Shown in pieces: positions 58,786 through 64,000 of a stretch of 64,000 nt of DNA (within the stretch, counting starts at the first letter, position 1; the number at the start of each line of letters is the position of its first letter). Below the pieces are notes generated by a model. That model was not told where the DNA came from. It searched no databases and saw only the letters and a program-made list of their open reading frames with translations. Location: NCBI GenBank assembly GCA_002502365.1, contig DAOJ01000065.1, positions 7,547 to 71,546 of the forward strand. The letters run 5' to 3'. This DNA comes from Euryarchaeota archaeon UBA106. Lineage in GTDB: Archaea > Thermoplasmatota > Poseidoniia > Poseidoniales > Thalassarchaeaceae. A program made the translations under genes and the position numbers.

Positions 58786-60003
58786 TTAACCCCAAATTAA
58801 TGCTGAAGCGCCCTTTGTTGCTAATCGACGGAACTCTGGAATTTCCTTTAGCATCTTTATGCCAAGAGGTATTGGATTGTCGATATCGCCAACTTGATTG
58901 ATTAATTCTATAACTTCTGGTTGAGCCCAAACTGAAAATAATTCATCTAGTTCTTCATCAGTTGATTCGCTAAGAAAAACGTTCCTTAAAGCTCTAGATT
59001 TGTTTTGTTTTCGCCTCAGGCTTGAAAGAGTTGAGTTAAGGTCTTGTATAGTTTTAGCATTAAAATCATTAGAAATTAATATAGACACTAACTTTGGTAA
59101 CATTAAGTCTACTTGATCAAATCCCATCCCAATACCTCCTCCAGTAGTAGGTTTGCATAACCCGGCAGCATCTCCGAATACTGCAACTCGATTAATAACA
59201 GGTTTTAGGATTAAACCGGAAGGTACAGGTCCACAAAATCTGCCAATTTCCTTGCAATTTGCAAACCTATTTTTCCACATAGGAGATTGCATAAATCTCT
59301 CCAATAAATCTTCACATGAGTATTCGTTCAATTTATCTGGTAATGTCCAGTTTCCTATTCTTGTGGTTTCACCCGAAGGTATTGCCCAAGAGAAAAAACC
59401 TGGTGCAATATCGTCTCCCGTGAAAAGATCCAACCGACCATCTTCCCCTGGATATCCTGTAACCTCAATTTGGAATCCTATCATCAATTCTTTTGGCCGT
59501 CCCATCTTGAAGGTCCGGCGAACCCATGAATGTGCCCCATCTGCACCACAAATCATACGACTGAAAAATTGCTGGTTTTCCCCATTTACATTTATTTCGA
59601 TTTCTACACCTAATTCCGTTACCACGGCATTGGTGGGTTTCGATTCCAATAGTAAATCTGCTCCAGATTCTATTGCAAGTTGAACAACTCTTTCATCGAA
59701 CAATTTTCGACAAACCGACCAAGTTCTGGTTCTATCCGGATTTCCAATTTTTATTTCTGTACCAGAGGGACTATACATTCTAGCACCCCATATTCTTGTT
59801 AGAACTGTATCATATGCTCCAATCCTTTCCATTGCGGAGGGATTTACCATGCCTGCGCATTGAAATGGCCTTCCAACTTCTGCATGCTCCTCAATCATTA
59901 GGACATCTATTCCATTTTGGGATAACTTCCAAGCGAGATAGCCACCTACGGGTCCCGCTCCGATAATGATTACGTCGTAATTTTGCTTAACCAACTTCAT
60001 CAC
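58786..60003 (-). CDS. Geranylgeranyl reductase family flavoprotein (digeranylgeranylglycerophospholipid reductase-like)
   Basis: YDVIIIGAGPVGGYLAWKLSQNGIDVLMIEE FAD-binding N-terminus. ~400 aa with GGR-like layout. Confidence 0.7.
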   Translation of the reverse strand: MMKLVKQNYDVIIIGAGPVGGYLAWKLSQNGIDVLMIEEHAEVGRPFQCAGMVNPSAMERIGAYDTVLTRIWGARMYSPSGTEIKIGNPDRTRTWSVCRKLFDERVVQLAIESGADLLLESKPTNAVVTELGVEIEINVNGENQQFFSRMICGADGAHSWVRRTFKMGRPKELMIGFQIEVTGYPGEDGRLDLFTGDDIAPGFFSWAIPSGETTRIGNWTLPDKLNEYSCEDLLERFMQSPMWKNRFANCKEIGRFCGPVPSGLILKPVINRVAVFGDAAGLCKPTTGGGIGMGFDQVDLMLPKLVSILISNDFNAKTIQDLNSTLSSLRRKQNKSRALRNVFLSESTDEELDELFSVWAQPEVIELINQVGDIDNPIPLGIKMLKEIPEFRRLATKGASALIWG

Positions 60004-60053
60004 CCGCTATGCCCAGACGTAAAGGACGGTGACGGCGTCTGGATTGTGGAATA

Positions 60054-62339
60054 TCACTTCTTTTGTTGGCGCTTACGTGCCTGAATCATCTTTTTCATGT
60101 TGCCAATAAGCCCGCTCGCTTCATTTTTGGTGATTTCATCAATAGTGGTTGTATCGGCTAGTGCCATAGCATCTTCAATACTCATGTCTAGATTTTCAGC
60201 CATCGATTGAATAGTCGATACCTGTTTTTCTGTTGCTGGAGAATTCTTGTCTATAGAAATCAAATCATTAATCAATTTACTTGCAGTACCATCACGTCCA
60301 CCTGTTAAATCATCGATATCATTGTGCCCCAAATCAGATAACATCTGAGAAAGATCCACTTTGTTCTTATCGGATAATCTGATAATTAATGCAACCTGTT
60401 TTTCACTTGGCGGAACATTACCATCTGAGGAATTGTTTAATTCTTCAATAATCCTTCTTGCATCTTCTCCAGTAAGTTCTTCGAATTTTTTCCCAGCCAA
60501 AATCTTTGATTTTGTTTCTTCGTCCATGCGAGACATTCTATTTCGCATAAAATTCAATTGTTTGACTGTAGGTTTTTCTTTACGTAATTCGAGTGCATTA
60601 TTGTGCATATTTCTAAAATCTGAGACAAATACGTGCCAAATATTTGCACCACTCGTGTCTCCGTGCTCTACTCGGTCTAAGTTTGCCTCCATCAAAGCAG
60701 TAAATTTAGGTGTAAACAAACCCTCTGAAATTGTTTGGGAGCTGTTCTCTTCAGAGCCATAGAATGGCACAACTTCTATCCAGAGTAATTTTCCATTTTC
60801 GGTAGGAATTAGTGAACTTCCATCCTTATTCACGTATCCTCTGTCGACTAATTTACCAACAGTTGTGAGATATGTAGAAGGCCTCCCTATGTCCGCTTTT
60901 TTCATTTCTCTAATTATAGAACTCTCTGTGAATCTTCGAGGAGGTTTAGTTTCGTCGGATGTGAGTAATGGGTTATCCTCATTATTCGAAAATTGCCATT
61001 TCGATCCAACATCAAAACCAATTTTGGGAGGTTCAGTTTGAACTTGTTTATCTGCCGAATAAACAATTTCCCAACCCGCATGAATTCTCCAAGAACTAGT
61101 GCCATACAATGGCCTATCTACACTGTTAACCTTAGTGACGAGATTTCTTGTTTCTCTTATTGAATCTGACATTTGGCTGGCAGCGAACCTTCCCCAGATT
61201 AATCTGTATAGAGCTTGTTGATCTTCATCGACTCCCGTTAGTGTCTTGATTTCTGGTTGTGTTGGCCTAATCGCTTCGTGGGCATCCTGTACGTTACTCG
61301 CCCCTTTTTTTGCATCGGGCCCCAAAGCTCCAGGCCCAAGATAATTTTCACCGTGTTCGGTTTTGATTAACTTACGTATTCTATCTCTTGCATCCTTGCT
61401 TGTTCTAGTTGAATCGGTCCTAATGTAAGTAATATGCCCTGCCTGATAGAGAGCCGTTGCCACTCTACTAGTTCTCCCTATTGCCCATCCCATTCGGCCG
61501 TTAGCTGCTCTTAGCATAGATTCTGTTGTAAACGGAGGCTGAGGTTTTCTCTTGTTTGTTCCCTCCTTAACAGATTGTATTGTCATTTCACCTGCGTTCT
61601 GTAATGCGAGTAATGTGTCATTTGCTAATTTCCCATCAAAAGTTCTGTCTGGGAAATGTTTCCCATCATCATCGAACCAAGCGTCGCTATCCTCCTTTTC
61701 ATGGAAGCGGACCTTGAAAGATACTCCGTTTGAATCAACGGAAATTGAATGATAAGGGATTGGCACATGAGCTTCTCTTTCTATCTCTCGTTCTACTATG
61801 AATCCTAAAGTAGGTGTTTGTACTCTACCCATAGAAGAAAGATTCCAAGATCGGCTGAATCTTGAACATCTGTAACCCACTAATCTGTCCATAAACCTAC
61901 GAACTTTGGCTGCATCCACTAAGTCCATATCTATCTCCCTAGGAGTTTCTATTGCTTCCTGAACGGCTGTGTTTGTTATTTCATTAAATGTAACTCGATA
62001 AATCCTGTCATAATCCGAAAAGATTTCTTTGAGCCTCCATGCAATAAATTCCCCCTCTCTATCTGGGTCAGTAGCAATGTAAATCTCTTCCACTGAGTTA
62101 GACTCTGCTTTCTTTCGTAATTTTGTTACAACCTTTTCAGCACGTTCAGTCCAACTCCATGGGGGATTGGGTAACTGACCTTCTTTAGAAGACCACATTG
62201 CCTTATTGTCATGTTTGGTTCCTCCCCTTGAAGGCAAGTCCTGAACGTGTCCATTGCAAGCATCAACTATCCAACCTTTACCTAGGTATTTCTTAATCGT
62301 CCGGGCTTTGGCACCGGACTCTAAAATCATGAACTTCAT
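60054..62339 (-). CDS. topA: DNA topoisomerase I (type IA) with C-terminal HhH-repeat extension
   Basis: TOPRIM N-terminus (MILESGAKARTIKKYLG...IATDPDREGE). Topo IA core with active-site region. 761 aa. Confidence 0.85.
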   Translation of the reverse strand: MKFMILESGAKARTIKKYLGKGWIVDACNGHVQDLPSRGGTKHDNKAMWSSKEGQLPNPPWSWTERAEKVVTKLRKKAESNSVEEIYIATDPDREGEFIAWRLKEIFSDYDRIYRVTFNEITNTAVQEAIETPREIDMDLVDAAKVRRFMDRLVGYRCSRFSRSWNLSSMGRVQTPTLGFIVEREIEREAHVPIPYHSISVDSNGVSFKVRFHEKEDSDAWFDDDGKHFPDRTFDGKLANDTLLALQNAGEMTIQSVKEGTNKRKPQPPFTTESMLRAANGRMGWAIGRTSRVATALYQAGHITYIRTDSTRTSKDARDRIRKLIKTEHGENYLGPGALGPDAKKGASNVQDAHEAIRPTQPEIKTLTGVDEDQQALYRLIWGRFAASQMSDSIRETRNLVTKVNSVDRPLYGTSSWRIHAGWEIVYSADKQVQTEPPKIGFDVGSKWQFSNNEDNPLLTSDETKPPRRFTESSIIREMKKADIGRPSTYLTTVGKLVDRGYVNKDGSSLIPTENGKLLWIEVVPFYGSEENSSQTISEGLFTPKFTALMEANLDRVEHGDTSGANIWHVFVSDFRNMHNNALELRKEKPTVKQLNFMRNRMSRMDEETKSKILAGKKFEELTGEDARRIIEELNNSSDGNVPPSEKQVALIIRLSDKNKVDLSQMLSDLGHNDIDDLTGGRDGTASKLINDLISIDKNSPATEKQVSTIQSMAENLDMSIEDAMALADTTTIDEITKNEASGLIGNMKKMIQARKRQQKK

Positions 62340-62443
62340 ATTACCACTTTCATAGTCCGGTTACACGGCTGAATTGCCGTACCACGATTTCCGGTGGCGA
62401 GATGAACACTGTATAAACGTGAGTAAGGTTAGAGCGATGCAAG

Positions 62444-62478
62444 GCGCGCGCGCGCATGCCTGTACGTACGCGCGCGTG
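62444..62478. repeat. Alternating purine-pyrimidine GC tract (Z-DNA-prone, palindromic): GCGCGCGCGCGCATGC-C-TGTACGTACGCGCGCGTG
   Basis: Read directly. 16-nt and 18-nt perfect alternating Pu/Py runs, ~85% GC, in a ~42% GC genome. About 105-140 bp upstream of the topA ATG and ~20 bp downstream of the preceding gene's stop. Confidence 0.6.
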
Positions 62479-62498
62479 AGGAATGTCTCAAATCAGTT

Positions 62499-62912
62499 CT
62501 ACTGTAAATCAAACATTTTTCGAATTTCAGTTTCTTGCCAGGGCAATTCAGCATCTTCCCCTCCACAACCAACACAACCAGGGTAACCTGCACCAGCCAA
62601 TCTGATTACTTCTAGAGACAATTCATCAAACCCAACCTGCAGATCTACCGGTATCCATACTTCCGTTTCTGGTGGTTCAGGAAACCCAATTTGCCCACCT
62701 AACTCTCCGATATTTGTAATTATGATTTGTTCTTTTTTATGGAATTTAATTTCGAACCCAAAATAAAGACTAGGTGCCAGGTCAGAAATTTTTAGGGATA
62801 GAGAATCATCTATGTCAATGTGTTCGGGTGTTTGGATAATTACCCCCCTAGAACGCAACATCCGTCTTGCTAGTTCCCGAATGGATCTAGCACACAATTC
62901 CGCGTTCATGGT
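62499..62912 (-). CDS. Hypothetical protein
   Basis: Track ORF 62499..63026 would overlap the well-supported pyrD start by 64 nt. The internal ATG (MNAELCAR...) at 62912 avoids this. No family recognised. Confidence 0.4.
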   Translation of the reverse strand, partial: TMNAELCARSIRELARRMLRSRGVIIQTPEHIDIDDSLSLKISDLAPSLYFGFEIKFHKKEQIIITNIGELGGQIGFPEPPETEVWIPVDLQVGFDELSLEVIRLAGAGYPGCVGCGGEDAELPWQETEIRKMFDLQ

Positions 62913-62962
62913 TATCGTAATACACGCAAGATTTGAAGGATGCCCATCAAGCCGAACGAAGG

Positions 62963-64000
62963 ATGGGCATACCATATCGATACATAGTCCGTCCTTCTTT
63001 ACGATTTTTAGACTCTGAAAAAGCACACAAATTAACTGTTAATGGCCTATCCAAATTTGCTGAGAACAGAGGTAGCCAGAAATTACTCAGCTCTATTTAC
63101 AGAACTCCGAATCTTCCAATTAACGTATTTGGGAAACTATTCCGACACCCATTAGGACTTGCTGCTGGATTTGATAAATCTGCACAGGCCCTAGGGGCAT
63201 GGCCTTCCCTAGGATTTTCCTGGGCTGAATACGGAGGTATCACACGTTATCCACAAGAGGGAAATCCCAAACCAAGGATGTTTAGATCAAATTCAGATGC
63301 TGCTTTGATTAACCGAATGGGATTTAACAATCCAGGTGCACAAAGTGTCCGCGATACATTAGCGCAAAGAGAAATTTCTGGTAAGTGGCCTAATGTCCCT
63401 TTGGCAGCAAATATTGGACGTTCCAAAACCGTAAGTAACGAAAGAGCCCCACATGATTATGCTGATACATTCAATCTATTGTATGACTATGCAGATATTT
63501 TTGTCCTTAATGTCTCATCTCCTAATACACCAGGGTTAAGGGAGTTACAAGAGGAAGACCACATCAGGGAAGTGGTCAATGCCTGTACTTCAATTAGAGA
63601 CAAAAGGGCTGGTTTGAAACCAATCCTACTGAAATTTTCACCTGATTTAGATAGAGATTCAATCTTATCATGCGCAGGGGCAGCATTATCGTCTGGAATT
63701 GATGGATTTGTGGCAACAAATACAACAATCAGTCGTCCCGCACCGAAAAATACAGGATCTCGAAATTTTCTTTCAGAGAGCGGAGGGTTGTCAGGTAGGC
63801 CACTTCACGAAAAATCTATCCAGTGTATTGGAGATTTATATGATTCAATTGGAAATAAGGTTCCTATTATCGGATGTGGTGGGATAGAATCTCCTGATAC
63901 GGCGTGGAATGCGATTAGCAACGGAGCGACTTTGATACAATTGTATTCAGCCTTAGTTTTCCAAGGTCCATCTGTGGTGTCACAGATTACCAATGGCCTA
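62963..64000 (+). CDS. pyrD: Dihydroorotate dehydrogenase (quinone), class 2; partial (3' end beyond window)
   Basis: Own translation: MGIPYRYIVRPSLRFLDSEKAHKLT...FRHPLGLAAGFDKS...NRMGFNNPG...NVSSPNTPGLR...GLSGRPL...IIGCGGI. Aligns along its length with E. coli PyrD ([22 protein letters not shown]...NPLGLAAGLDKD...NRMGFNN...NISSPNTPGLR...IIGVGGI). Not in the ORF track because it has no stop in-window. Confidence 0.9.
   Translation, partial: MGIPYRYIVRPSLRFLDSEKAHKLTVNGLSKFAENRGSQKLLSSIYRTPNLPINVFGKLFRHPLGLAAGFDKSAQALGAWPSLGFSWAEYGGITRYPQEGNPKPRMFRSNSDAALINRMGFNNPGAQSVRDTLAQREISGKWPNVPLAANIGRSKTVSNERAPHDYADTFNLLYDYADIFVLNVSSPNTPGLRELQEEDHIREVVNACTSIRDKRAGLKPILLKFSPDLDRDSILSCAGAALSSGIDGFVATNTTISRPAPKNTGSRNFLSESGGLSGRPLHEKSIQCIGDLYDSIGNKVPIIGCGGIESPDTAWNAISNGATLIQLYSALVFQGPSVVSQITNGL

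Noticed and set aside
62499-63026. Full-length 175-aa minus-strand ORF as annotated in the track
   Set aside because: Its first 64 nt would overlap the N-terminus of pyrD, whose start is strongly supported by alignment to E. coli PyrD. A shorter form starting at an internal ATG (62912) is retained instead.
1-64000. CRISPR arrays, IS elements/transposases, integrases, restriction-modification or toxin-antitoxin pairs
   Set aside because: No direct-repeat arrays, no DDE/tyrosine-recombinase-like ORFs and no defence signatures were seen on either strand. The 62444-62478 GC tract is a single palindromic tract, not a repeat array.

Overview
Archaeal chromosomal segment, roughly 42% GC by eye. An unsplit rpoB, L30e directly after rpoA'', a two-domain EndA, aCPSF1/FttA, SepF, proteasome beta, geranylgeranyl reductase and a reverse-gyrase-free type IA topoisomerase point to a Thermoplasmatota-like euryarchaeon. 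The many bacterial-type metabolic genes (E. coli-like thyA-folA, PlsC-type acyltransferase, cytosolic-type MDH, PntAB, class-2 PyrD, RfaE-like kinase) make a marine group II/III (Poseidoniales-like) lineage plausible; this is inference only. Layout: a partial Mtq2/HemK2-like methyltransferase (minus), tRNA-Lys(UUU), then the RNAP core operon rpoH-rpoB-rpoA'-rpoA''-rpl30e (translationally coupled ATGA overlaps). RpoH and RpoA'' carry paralogous HhH-like N-terminal modules, and RpoA' has an extra Zn-ribbon insertion. Where NusA-S12-S7-EF2 normally follow L30e there is instead an 8-9 kb island. It holds a hypothetical gene, three translationally coupled coiled-coil paralogs (minus), a membrane protein with extracellular Ig/CARDB-like repeats and two cytoplasmic Zn ribbons, a DtxR-family regulator, a polytopic membrane protein and a fourth coiled-coil paralog. 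The remainder is mostly housekeeping: pdxS, 7Fe-type ferredoxin, S3Ae fused to an acidic linker plus SAP motif, MTAP, MazG-like, flavoprotein, thyA-folA, PlsC-like acyltransferase, exported protein, saccharopine-DH-like, trpS, ZPR1 zinc finger, sepF, psmB, fttA, secreted subtilase, tRNA-Pro(UGG), NUDIX, mdh, CPBP protease, pntAA-pntAB-pntB, exported/membrane protein, TatC-like, HEXXH metalloprotease, a RadB-like protein with a degenerate Walker A, a divergent family-B DNA polymerase with degenerate Exo I/III and motif C in an operon with endA, PfkB/RfaE-like kinase, surface protein, pepP, radical SAM (MqnC/MqnE/CofH-like), membrane protein, GGR, topA, an alternating (CG)n tract upstream of topA, and the 5' end of pyrD. 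No rRNA, CRISPR, integrase/transposase or obvious defence genes were seen.
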